The notes under the pieces are model-generated. The model ran no database searches, was not told the origin of the DNA, and saw only the letters and a list, made by a program, of their open reading frames with translations. A stretch of 26,894 bases of DNA from a virus (lineage: Duplodnaviria > Heunggongvirae > Uroviricota > Caudoviricetes). The position numbers and the translations under genes were made by a program. This document shows, one piece after another, positions 8,019 to 17,842 of this stretch (position 1 is its first letter; every line of letters begins with the position of its first letter). The stretch covers positions 64,001-90,894 of IMG/VR virus record IMGVR_UViG_3300035507_000297; one strand, given 5' to 3'.

Positions 8019-11000
8019 GTGTCGGAAATAGAAATTAGGGCTAATTTGGGGCTTGATACGGAAAAGGCTGAAACTCAAATTAGTGAATTTAGAAATAAAG
8101 TTAAAGAAGAGAAAATTAGTGTAAAATTAGATATTGACAATGTAAAAGGTGATGCGTATTCATTAAAGAATATATTGGCAGATGCTTTTAAATTAGATGG
8201 AACAAGTTTATCTGATTTAAAGCAAGTTGAAAATACTTTAAAACAAATTAATACTCTTATTAAAAATCAAACTAAACTTATTAACAATAGTCAAAGTGAA
8301 AATGTATTTGAAACTATTACTGTCAATAAAAATACGGATATAGTTAAAGATGTTAAGATATTGGTTGATGATTATAAAGAGGCAACTGAACAATTAACTG
8401 TTTTAGATGAATATGGCAAAGTAATTAATGAAGTTTTATCAGATTTCAATAAAGAGCAGAAACAGGCTTTTGAAGAATTTCAGCAAAATAGTAATTCGTA
8501 TAGTGTATATTTAGATAACCTTGTAGGTGAAGATATTACAAGTGCATTAAAGAAAGCAATAAAATACACAAAAGAAGTAATAGAATTAGAAGAAGAATTT
8601 AGTAAGTTAAATGTAGAAAAAATAGAAGTGGCTAATCTTACGAATGAAAAAGCAGATGGCACTATTCATGTTAATAAATATGAAACATATAGAGCATTGT
8701 TTGCTGAATCGGAAAGTGAAGCAGAAGAGTTAGAAAATCAAGCTAGGAAATTAAGTACGCAAATTAGCAATAAGAAAAAGACTCTTGAAGGATATTTTGA
8801 GAAGTTATCAGATGATGAAAAAGCTATACTTAATTTAATTGAAAATGAATTTTCGGCAAGACCACAATTAGAAAGTGTGGATACAAGTAATTCAAACATT
8901 GCCTATATTAAATATGTGCTTGAAAATTTTTTAGATGACATAGATAAAATAGGGCTTAATTTTAATAATGTAGATGATGTTTTTACTGGTGTAGATAGAT
9001 TTTTTGCAAGACTTGAAAAATTGCAAGATGAATATAATCGTAAATTTGCATCGGAAGATGGCTTTAAAGTGTTGAATTTAGAATCTTTAATAAATGTTGA
9101 AGATGTTAAAAAAGTAGTTGAAGATATAGATGAAAGTAGCAATTTACTTGAAGATGCTTTAAAGAAACAATATGATGTAATAAAAAAAGATTATGGAGAA
9201 AATTCTTCTATATCGGGTATTAGTGAAAGAGAATTATCACTTATAAGGGAATACATTAATTTATCTGAATTAATGAGTAAAAATACTACAACTAGTAGTA
9301 GAAAAAACTTTACTAATACTATTAATGAGGAACAAAATGCTATTGAAAAACTAGAGAAATCATATCAAAAATTGAATGATATTCAAAAGAAGTTTGAGAA
9401 TATGCAGACATATAAAGGCTTTTTAGATACTGATTTAATTGAGAAAACTAATAACTTACTTAGTGAAACGAGAAGTAAATTAGATAATGAAGGCATTGAA
9501 TCAGATTTTAAGGCGATAGATAATGTTGTTAGGGAATTAAATAATAATTTAAAAGACTTAAATACTGGAAATACTCTTAGTAAACAAGAGGCAAACTTCA
9601 ATGTTTCTATGCGGAGTATGGAGAGTAAAGTTGAGAGTTTTATAGATAAATGTAGAGAAGTAGGAAATTGTGACTATTTAATTGAAAGAGTTGAAGATGC
9701 TTTTAAGAGTATTGATACTTCTAATATTGAAAGGGCGACTGTTGATTTAAAGGAATTTAAAAATATTTTAAGTCAAGCCGATAAAGAAGTTAATGAATTA
9801 TCTAGTTCAATGAGTACGAGTAGGACATTTTTTGGAAATTTTACCGAAGAATTTAGAGATAATTTATTAACGTTTACTGCTGGTGAGTTATTAGCTGATG
9901 GTATTAGAGAAATAGGATATTCTCTTAAAACTTTGGTGATGGAATATGATACTGCGTTTACTAACTTGAAAAAAGTTGCTAATCCAGAAGATATAATGAG
10001 TATTGACCAACTGGAGGCTATCGAGAAAAAGGCAGTAGAGATAGCAAAAAATGTTGGTAAAAGTTCACAAGAAACCGTACAAGCAATAGCCGATACGATT
10101 CAAATGGCTGGGCTTGGAATGGAAGAATCTATATTAGTTGCTGAACAAACTATGAAGTTAGCGAATGTAGCTGAAATGACACAAGAAGAGGCTAGTGAAG
10201 GTGTAGTTACAATGTTGTCGGCATTTAATTTAGACCCATTGAAAGATATATCTATTGTTGTAGATGGTGTTACTAAATCTACTAATGAAATGGTTGATGC
10301 TTTTGATAAGATAAACTATGTAGGAAATAATTTTGCGGTATCTTCGGACGGAATATTACAAGCTATACAAAGTGGTGCGAACGTTTTAGCAAGTTATGGC
10401 GTTACAATGGACGATTCAATCGCAATGATAACAGCAGCAAATACTACTTTACAAGATACATCAAGAGTTGGTCGTGGGTTAAAGACATTGGCGACTAAGT
10501 TAGCTGGAGTTAAAGCGAATGCATCAGATGGAACTTTAGAGTTAAATAAAACGGCAATGGCACTTAAAGAAGTTGCTGGAATAGATGTTATAAAAGATGG
10601 AACAACTGATGAAATAAAGGATATGGCAACACTTATAGATGAACTTGCATCTAAGTGGGATGATTTATCCGAATATGAACAATCAGGACTTAGTGAGGCT
10701 ATTGCAGGTGCTGAACAAGCGGCAGTTTTCCAATCATTAATGCAAAATTACGATATAATGAAAGAAGTGCAAGAAGAACTTGGAAGTGGACAACATTATC
10801 AGTCTATGGAGCAAGAAAATGCACAATATGTAGATTCAATATCAGGTCAACTTAATAAATTAAAAGAAACTTGGGTTGGGGTATTTAATACGATATTTGA
10901 TAGTGATGCTGCTAAAAATATAATTAAAGGGCTTATAAGTATATCGGAAAGTATTGCATTAGTAGTTGAAAAATTAGATGAAATGGGAATTTTATCTCCG

Positions 11001-14000
11001 ATATTATTAGGTATTGGTGCGTTATTTACTAATAAATTATTTAGTGGATTTAGCGGGATTAGCAGTTTATTAAAAAGTTTTAGTTCAGGAAGTCAAGCGG
11101 CAAGTAAATCTGCATCAGTTGTAAGTAGTGCATTGAATGTATTGGGTGTTGGTGCAGAAGGTTCAGGGTTATCAATAAACAGTCTAATAAGTATATTAGG
11201 GAAATTTAATACTACAACACTTGCACTTACGGCAGGTTTAAGTGTAGCAGTATTAATTCGTGAAAAATTTTATAAATCATTAGACGAAGAAGAAAGTAGA
11301 CTAAAAGATACAATAAACACAAGAAAAGAAGAGATAACAACTATTGAAAGTCAAAAGAGTGCATTAGAGGAAATTGCAAAAGAATATGACGAATTGGCGA
11401 ATAAGCCTGAAAAGACAAATACCGAGGTAGAGAGATTAAAGGAATTAACTAATGAAATAGCACAGATTATGCCTGATTTAGTTATTGGGTATGATGAAAA
11501 TGGAAATGCTATAATCAATTTAACAGGTGATGTAAGTAAGTTAGTTGATGAATTAGATGTTGCACTAGATAGAAAAAATAAGTTACTTCGATATGAACAA
11601 AGTGAATTAGCAGAAAATGCTATAAAACAACTACATCAAGATAGTTATTTACCAGGGACTAAACGAGAAGATAGTGTTGGTGGTACTGGTTCTGAAATAA
11701 CAGAACTTAATAGTATAGTTGATGAATATATTGAAAATGTAGAGGAACTTGAAAAGAAGAAAAATAAACTTCTTGGCGAATTATATGAATCAGTTGGTGA
11801 TGAAAGAAAAAAACTAGCTGATGAAATAGAAGATATTAATTATAAAATAGAACAAAGTCAATCTGATTTTACTCAAAAATATACTAATCAATTAGATATT
11901 ATAAAAGAGTATACTAAAGAAATTGGCGAAAGTTTATTTTTAGATATAGAAAATAGTAATGTATTTAAGAATGCTGCAGATGATAAGAAGGAGCATTTTT
12001 TAGAGTTAAAAGAAGTATTAGATTTTAGTGATATAAAAACGTCAGATGATTTATTTGAAGTTGAAAAGGCATTAAGTAAGTTTTTAAAAGTTGCAAATGA
12101 AGGATTAATTGATATTAAAGGTGTTGAAAATGCTATTCGTGAGGCGAATAGTGAGTTTGACAATACTGGTAATATAGATAAATATAATGATAGTATGAGT
12201 AAGTTGGCAAAAGAAATTAGTGAGATTTCTGGAGTTGATGAAGAAATATTATATAATTTATTTACTCAATTTGATACTAGTATTTTAAATGCAACTGATT
12301 CTTTGGATAAATTTTTAAACGCATTCGGCAAGACTAGAGATGATTTATTAAATGATGATAGTTTTGCTTTAGCATTGGCAAGTCAAAAGAAAAGTATAGA
12401 TAATTGGATTGAATCTTTAAATGATATTGGATATGAAAAAGAAATAGACTTAGAACTTGCCTATAATATAATAGGTGATGCTGATTTACCTGAACAAATT
12501 CGTGATATGGTAAGGGTGCTTTTAAATAAAGATTATGATTCTACTGATATTTTAAGAGTAGCACAAGCAATACTTATAGATTTAAGTGATGGCGAAGTTG
12601 ATATTGATTCAATACAAAGTCTTATAGATAGGACTTTTGGAAATGGTGCTTTTGAAGTTGATGCAGATATATTATTAAGTACAAATGCGAAAATTGAGGG
12701 CATTGAAGAAATACTTGATAAGTTAAAAGGGGTTTATAAAGAGATTCCTTCGGTGGTTGAAACTATTATTAAAACGGATACTACAACTTCTTATAGTGAA
12801 GGTAAAAAAGTATTACAATTATATAATAGTTTTCCTGAAAAAGTTAAAACTATTATTAGTAATAATAGTTATGATACTTTAGCTGATTTAGAATTAATAG
12901 ATGAAATATTTAATAGTCTTTCAGAATCGCAGGCTATACGTATAACAAGTAATTGTAGTGAAGTTATAAAGGAATCTAAGTCACTTGAAGAAGTATTATC
13001 AAGATTAAAGACACCTATAACTATAACGGCAAACACAGAAAGTGCGACAAGTGTTTTACAAAGTTTAGTAAGAAAGCCAATAAGTGATGTAATAGTTGGA
13101 ATTAAAGCTGATAGTAGTGATGTTGTAAGTAAATCAAAGACGGCACAAGATACTATTAATAGTTTAGAACAAGAAAGTGCTATTAAAATTGAAGTCGATA
13201 ATATATCGGCAAATAATAGATTAAAGACTACTAAGACACATTTAGATGATTTAAAAAGTAAAGAAATAACGGTTACAGTTAAGACGAAAGGTGTTAGTAG
13301 TGCTAGTTCGGCTATTTCATCTTTAATAACGGGTGGTAAAAATAGAAGTGTTGATATTCCTACAACGCAAAATGATAGTTTAAGTGTGCAAAGTTTTGAG
13401 CCAATGGTAATGAGTGCTGAAAATAATGATATAGTTTCTTTAGCTGATGAAGGAATTGCAACTTATGCTAGTAGTGATGTATCGGCAATGGATGCAGTTA
13501 CTTATGGAGTAAATGCTTTTAAAGCATTAGAGCAACAATTAGAAAGACTTACAAATCAGTTGGCATTATTGAGTAAAGCGGCAGATAATGCTATTGGTAG
13601 TCAAAAAATTAGTTATTTAAAACAACAAGTTACGTTATATGAAAAGCAACAAGACCTTCAACATGAGTTAGCAGAAAGTATGCGTGGACAGGCTAGTGAA
13701 TTAAAAAGTTATTTAATTCAACAAGGGTTTCAGATAGATTCAGAAGGACAAGTGCTTAATTATTCACAAAAGATTTTGGCGATTGAAAAAGAGATAGCGA
13801 ATTTAGAAGATAGAAGTAGTGCTGATATTACTGATAGTGAGAAAAAGAGCATTGAAAGTAAGTTAGAATCTTTAGAAAAGACTAAGGATGCCTTAGATGA
13901 ATATATAGACTTGACTATGAATGAAATACCGAATTGTAGTAATACATGGTGGGAACTGGAAGAGTCTATAAAAAGTGTTAAATCGCAAATTGTAAGTGCT

Positions 14001-15335
14001 GAACTTGCAATGAAAAATTTAGATGCGTCAATAGATGTAGGAAAATATAGCACTTCGTTAAATAGTGTTCAACGTGAAATAAATAGACTTGATGAAGATA
14101 TTGAAAGGGCGTATGGTGAAGAAAAACAAGCATTATTAGAACAAAAGATTGCTTTAATTCAAAAGGAACAGGATGAACTTCATAAATTAGCCAATTCATA
14201 TAGAAGTCAAGCAAGTGTTTATAAAAGTTTTTTAAGTGGATATGGATTTGCATTCAGTAGTGATGGTACTATTACTAACCTTGAAAAAATAAAAAGTTTA
14301 ATGAATGTAGATGAATATGAGGCTATAAAAGATGCTTTAGAAGAATATGTTGAACTTACACAAAATACAATACCAGACCTTAGTGAAGAATGGTGGGATT
14401 TACAAGATGCGATAGATGATTGTAAGGAAAGTATAGAAGACATTACGGAAGAAGTTAAAGAAGCACAAAGAGAGCAGTTAGAAACTACTAAAAAAGTTCA
14501 AGACCAGATTATGGAATTATATAAAAAACAAGCCGAAGAGAGAAAAGAGTTAATCGAGGAAGAATTAAATAAGAAATTAGATGCACTAAATAAAGAGAAA
14601 CAAGCCTATAATGATGCTAGAGACCAGCAAAAATATGAAGATGAATATAACGACCAATTAGAGAAGATAATGGAAATTGAAAAGCAGTTATCTGTTTTAA
14701 TGTTGGATAGTTCATTGACGGGGAAAAAGAAATATCAAGAATTATTAGAAGAGTTAAAAGAAGAACAAGAGAAGTTAGAAGAAATTGTTCAAGACAAAAT
14801 AGACGAAGATGTAAATAATTATTTTGATAGTGAAAGTGATAGGTTAGAAGAGGCGGCAGAGGCAGCAAAAGAAAAAATAGACGAGGTTTATTCTGATGAA
14901 AGATTGTGGTCAATGGTTAATAGTGCATTAAATAGTGGATTATTTAAAGATATTAATGGAGACTTGATTGATTTAAACGAGGCTATGTGCGATTATTTAG
15001 ATAAGTATGGTGATGGATTATCTGCTATTGGTGCGATAATAAAAGATGAATGGCTTACAAATATAGAGACTGCAAGAGATACTATGAACGATATGTATGA
15101 TATACTTGAAAATTTAGATTTAAAAAGTATATATGATTATAATAGTTATGGAGTATCTAAAAGTGGGAGTAGTGAATCTGCTATTGCAACGTATTCTAGT
15201 AATGTTGAATTTTCTTCACCTGTTATAGTGGTTGAAGGGAATGTAGATAGTGGAGTTTTAAGTGAATTAGAAAAATATGCAACGAGATTAAAAAATGAAA
15301 TAATAGATAGTATTTATAAAGCCTATTTAACGTAA
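8019..15335 (+). CDS. Tape measure protein (~2438 aa) with a TP901-type core
   Basis: GTG 8019 lies 8 nt after AAGGAG; the track's 7995 GTG lacks an RBS. Long coiled-coil sequence. The core at ~9900-10900 (YDTAFTNLKKV...LANVAEM...DKINYVGNNFAVSS...GRGLKT) is typical of phage tape measure proteins. Confidence 0.93.
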   Translation: MSEIEIRANLGLDTEKAETQISEFRNKVKEEKISVKLDIDNVKGDAYSLKNILADAFKLDGTSLSDLKQVENTLKQINTLIKNQTKLINNSQSENVFETITVNKNTDIVKDVKILVDDYKEATEQLTVLDEYGKVINEVLSDFNKEQKQAFEEFQQNSNSYSVYLDNLVGEDITSALKKAIKYTKEVIELEEEFSKLNVEKIEVANLTNEKADGTIHVNKYETYRALFAESESEAEELENQARKLSTQISNKKKTLEGYFEKLSDDEKAILNLIENEFSARPQLESVDTSNSNIAYIKYVLENFLDDIDKIGLNFNNVDDVFTGVDRFFARLEKLQDEYNRKFASEDGFKVLNLESLINVEDVKKVVEDIDESSNLLEDALKKQYDVIKKDYGENSSISGISERELSLIREYINLSELMSKNTTTSSRKNFTNTINEEQNAIEKLEKSYQKLNDIQKKFENMQTYKGFLDTDLIEKTNNLLSETRSKLDNEGIESDFKAIDNVVRELNNNLKDLNTGNTLSKQEANFNVSMRSMESKVESFIDKCREVGNCDYLIERVEDAFKSIDTSNIERATVDLKEFKNILSQADKEVNELSSSMSTSRTFFGNFTEEFRDNLLTFTAGELLADGIREIGYSLKTLVMEYDTAFTNLKKVANPEDIMSIDQLEAIEKKAVEIAKNVGKSSQETVQAIADTIQMAGLGMEESILVAEQTMKLANVAEMTQEEASEGVVTMLSAFNLDPLKDISIVVDGVTKSTNEMVDAFDKINYVGNNFAVSSDGILQAIQSGANVLASYGVTMDDSIAMITAANTTLQDTSRVGRGLKTLATKLAGVKANASDGTLELNKTAMALKEVAGIDVIKDGTTDEIKDMATLIDELASKWDDLSEYEQSGLSEAIAGAEQAAVFQSLMQNYDIMKEVQEELGSGQHYQSMEQENAQYVDSISGQLNKLKETWVGVFNTIFDSDAAKNIIKGLISISESIALVVEKLDEMGILSPILLGIGALFTNKLFSGFSGISSLLKSFSSGSQAASKSASVVSSALNVLGVGAEGSGLSINSLISILGKFNTTTLALTAGLSVAVLIREKFYKSLDEEESRLKDTINTRKEEITTIESQKSALEEIAKEYDELANKPEKTNTEVERLKELTNEIAQIMPDLVIGYDENGNAIINLTGDVSKLVDELDVALDRKNKLLRYEQSELAENAIKQLHQDSYLPGTKREDSVGGTGSEITELNSIVDEYIENVEELEKKKNKLLGELYESVGDERKKLADEIEDINYKIEQSQSDFTQKYTNQLDIIKEYTKEIGESLFLDIENSNVFKNAADDKKEHFLELKEVLDFSDIKTSDDLFEVEKALSKFLKVANEGLIDIKGVENAIREANSEFDNTGNIDKYNDSMSKLAKEISEISGVDEEILYNLFTQFDTSILNATDSLDKFLNAFGKTRDDLLNDDSFALALASQKKSIDNWIESLNDIGYEKEIDLELAYNIIGDADLPEQIRDMVRVLLNKDYDSTDILRVAQAILIDLSDGEVDIDSIQSLIDRTFGNGAFEVDADILLSTNAKIEGIEEILDKLKGVYKEIPSVVETIIKTDTTTSYSEGKKVLQLYNSFPEKVKTIISNNSYDTLADLELIDEIFNSLSESQAIRITSNCSEVIKESKSLEEVLSRLKTPITITANTESATSVLQSLVRKPISDVIVGIKADSSDVVSKSKTAQDTINSLEQESAIKIEVDNISANNRLKTTKTHLDDLKSKEITVTVKTKGVSSASSAISSLITGGKNRSVDIPTTQNDSLSVQSFEPMVMSAENNDIVSLADEGIATYASSDVSAMDAVTYGVNAFKALEQQLERLTNQLALLSKAADNAIGSQKISYLKQQVTLYEKQQDLQHELAESMRGQASELKSYLIQQGFQIDSEGQVLNYSQKILAIEKEIANLEDRSSADITDSEKKSIESKLESLEKTKDALDEYIDLTMNEIPNCSNTWWELEESIKSVKSQIVSAELAMKNLDASIDVGKYSTSLNSVQREINRLDEDIERAYGEEKQALLEQKIALIQKEQDELHKLANSYRSQASVYKSFLSGYGFAFSSDGTITNLEKIKSLMNVDEYEAIKDALEEYVELTQNTIPDLSEEWWDLQDAIDDCKESIEDITEEVKEAQREQLETTKKVQDQIMELYKKQAEERKELIEEELNKKLDALNKEKQAYNDARDQQKYEDEYNDQLEKIMEIEKQLSVLMLDSSLTGKKKYQELLEELKEEQEKLEEIVQDKIDEDVNNYFDSESDRLEEAAEAAKEKIDEVYSDERLWSMVNSALNSGLFKDINGDLIDLNEAMCDYLDKYGDGLSAIGAIIKDEWLTNIETARDTMNDMYDILENLDLKSIYDYNSYGVSKSGSSESAIATYSSNVEFSSPVIVVEGNVDSGVLSELEKYATRLKNEIIDSIYKAYLT

Positions 15336-15366
15336 GTTGGTAGGCTTTAAGTTATTTAAAACTCAT

Positions 15367-15394
15367 ATATATTATTTAAGATATATTATTGAAG
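15367..15394. repeat. Tandem 14-bp repeat in the tape measure-Dit spacer
   Basis: ATATATTATTTAAG (15367-15380) followed by ATATATTATTGAAG (15381-15394). Confidence 0.7.
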
Positions 15395-15435
15395 TTTTAA
15401 ATAGGATAAATAAAAGTGAAATAACGGTGATTGAG

Positions 15436-16140
15436 ATGTTTTACTCGGAGAAATTTATCTATGACGGAATATATTCAGATGAATATGATATTTACATAGT
15501 TAGTGAAAGTAATAATATGTTTAATGAATACGGCATAAATTTTGAAGATGAAGATGAAATTACACTTACATTTTGTTATGCTGATAAATATGGAAATGCA
15601 CTTGTGTGGAATGATGAAATTTTAAGATTTGTGCATGAGTGGTTTATAGGTGAAGATTATAGACAATTTATTGTTGAAGATGATTTAGAATATTGTTATT
15701 TATTAAAAGGTGTAAGTATTGTTAAAAGATTTAATCGAGAAATGAAAGGATTTATTGATATAACTTTTGAAGTATTTGAAAATTGTTCGTATGTTGTAGA
15801 TGAAATTAGTTTTAATAAAAATAAAAAAGAATTTAAAGTTAAAAATATAAGCAATGTTTGTGATGAATATAAGCCTGTTATTGAACTTTATAATGTTTCA
15901 TCAAGTTCGGTTATTATTGAAAATAAGACTAATGGAAATAGTCTAATTATTAATAATATAGTTAAAAATAGTGATGTATTTATTGATAATGAACTTGGAG
16001 TGATTATGGATTCAAAGGGTAATAATTTAATTGCAAATAGTAATCGTGAGTGGTTATCTTTAAAAAAAGATGTGAATTTAATTAAAATAAGCGGGGATTG
16101 CAATGGAAAAATCAAGTGTATGTATCCTGTAATGAGGTGA
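15436..16140 (+). CDS. Distal tail protein (Dit)
   Basis: ATG 15436 after GGTGA, 234 aa. Starts F.YDGIYSDEYDIYIV; C-terminal KNISN..DE..P.IE and LKK..NLIKISG are typical of Dit. Follows the tape measure gene. Confidence 0.8.
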   Translation: MFYSEKFIYDGIYSDEYDIYIVSESNNMFNEYGINFEDEDEITLTFCYADKYGNALVWNDEILRFVHEWFIGEDYRQFIVEDDLEYCYLLKGVSIVKRFNREMKGFIDITFEVFENCSYVVDEISFNKNKKEFKVKNISNVCDEYKPVIELYNVSSSSVIIENKTNGNSLIINNIVKNSDVFIDNELGVIMDSKGNNLIANSNREWLSLKKDVNLIKISGDCNGKIKCMYPVMR

Positions 16141-16144
16141 TGTA

Positions 16145-17842
16145 TTGTCTGATATAATTTATTTTAATGAACTTTGCAGGGATTTTAAGATGGAAGTATG
16201 TAAAGTTAATAGAGAAGTTATTGGTGTAGTGCCAAGTGAATGTTTAAAGAGCATTACTAGAAATATTTTAGAAGTTGACAATATAGAAATCAGTATTGAT
16301 AAATATATTTTTAAAAATGGTAAAAAAATTATAAATCCTCTTTGGGAAATAATGAGAGAAGAACGTCTTATTTGTTTAAATTCAAAAGAATATTTTGTAT
16401 TAAAAAATAATGGTTTTATAGGCGAAGATAATGTTAAAAACTTTATTGGATATTCATTAGAATATAAATTATCTAAGATAGATATTGCTTTTGAGGATAT
16501 ATTTATTAAGTTAATAGGTGAGGATTTAGATAATGATATATATTCGTTAAATAGATTACTATATGAAGATAGTGGTTGGGAGTTTGGATATATAGAAGAT
16601 AGTGTATTGTACGATATTAATGATGGAATTAAAGTTGAAAAAGTTAGATGGTGCGATAGTGTCAATAAAAGATGGTTTGACTATATAAAAAATGATATAT
16701 GTGATATGTTTGGTTGTATACCATATTATGATACATTGAATAAAAAAATTAATCTATATAGCATTGAAAATTATGGTGAAAATGTTCAATTATATTTATC
16801 GAAAGATAACTATATTAAAAATATAGAAAGAGTTGGGTCTAGTGAAGAAATTGTTACTAGGCTTTATTTAGTTGGGCAAGATGAAATGAATATAATAGGT
16901 TCAACGGTTACCGGATATTCATATATAGAAGATTATAGTTATTTTATGGAAAATAACGAAATGAGCGAAAGTTTGTTAAATAAGTTGACAAAATATTATG
17001 AGATGGTAGAGAAACGTCAAGTGATATGGGAAGAATTGGTTCAAAATAGATTAGATAAAACAGAAATTTTATATAGAAAAAAACGAGAATTATATGTAAT
17101 TTATGCAGAAATAAAATCTAAAGAAACTGTAAGAGAAAGTTATGATTCATTAGGTGATGATAAAAATAGTGCTATAATTGCAGCGGATATTACAAAATTA
17201 AGAGATGAAAAACTTATATTAGAAATTGCTGTTAAAGAAATAGAGGATGAATTAGTTAAGATTAATGAAAGTATTGAAAATATAAATACACTATGTAAAA
17301 GAGAAAGTGCAACTGATGAAGATGGAATATTGATATTTGATAATGAGTCATTAGAGGAGTTAAAAGAATTTGTTTATTGTGAAACATATAGTAATAGTTC
17401 TTTTGTTGATGTTGAGGATTTAATTGAAGCAGGGGAAAGGGAATTATCACTTAGTTGTTATCCTGATGTGTCTTATAATTTTGAATTAGAGCCATTTTTA
17501 AATAGAGTTAGGGAAAATGGATTTAATATAAATTGGAAGGGTAATTTAGGACTTGGTGATATTATTATACTTTATGATGATGATTTAGAAAAGGAAGTAT
17601 ATTTATATGTTAATTCATATACACAATATCCAAGTGCAGTTGAAGATGAAAATGAGTTAGAAATTGAAGTTTCTAATAAGAAGATAGCGGATAGTAATGT
17701 TAGGGTTATAGCTGATAGATTGAAGGAAAGTGAACTTAACATGGACTTATTAAAACGTAAGGTTCATTTTTTAAATGAACAAAAGTACAATAGAATAAAC
17801 TTAGATAAAGAAGAGTTGGTGGGAATATATGAGTTTATATAA
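16145..17842 (+). CDS. Tal-like baseplate hub/tail protein
   Basis: TTG after GAGGTG, 565 aa. Motifs W.FGYI, GENVQLYLSKDNYIKNIER, IVTRLYLVG and LGLGDIIILYD match the prophage tail endopeptidase/hub family. Follows Dit. Confidence 0.75.
   Translation: MSDIIYFNELCRDFKMEVCKVNREVIGVVPSECLKSITRNILEVDNIEISIDKYIFKNGKKIINPLWEIMREERLICLNSKEYFVLKNNGFIGEDNVKNFIGYSLEYKLSKIDIAFEDIFIKLIGEDLDNDIYSLNRLLYEDSGWEFGYIEDSVLYDINDGIKVEKVRWCDSVNKRWFDYIKNDICDMFGCIPYYDTLNKKINLYSIENYGENVQLYLSKDNYIKNIERVGSSEEIVTRLYLVGQDEMNIIGSTVTGYSYIEDYSYFMENNEMSESLLNKLTKYYEMVEKRQVIWEELVQNRLDKTEILYRKKRELYVIYAEIKSKETVRESYDSLGDDKNSAIIAADITKLRDEKLILEIAVKEIEDELVKINESIENINTLCKRESATDEDGILIFDNESLEELKEFVYCETYSNSSFVDVEDLIEAGERELSLSCYPDVSYNFELEPFLNRVRENGFNINWKGNLGLGDIIILYDDDLEKEVYLYVNSYTQYPSAVEDENELEIEVSNKKIADSNVRVIADRLKESELNMDLLKRKVHFLNEQKYNRINLDKEELVGIYEFI

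Noticed and set aside
15356-15383. dif-like Xer site (TATATA core plus TTATTTAAGAT)
   Set aside because: The right arm matches the Bacillus dif arm at 8 of 11 positions, but the left arm is unrelated and no recombinase gene is present.
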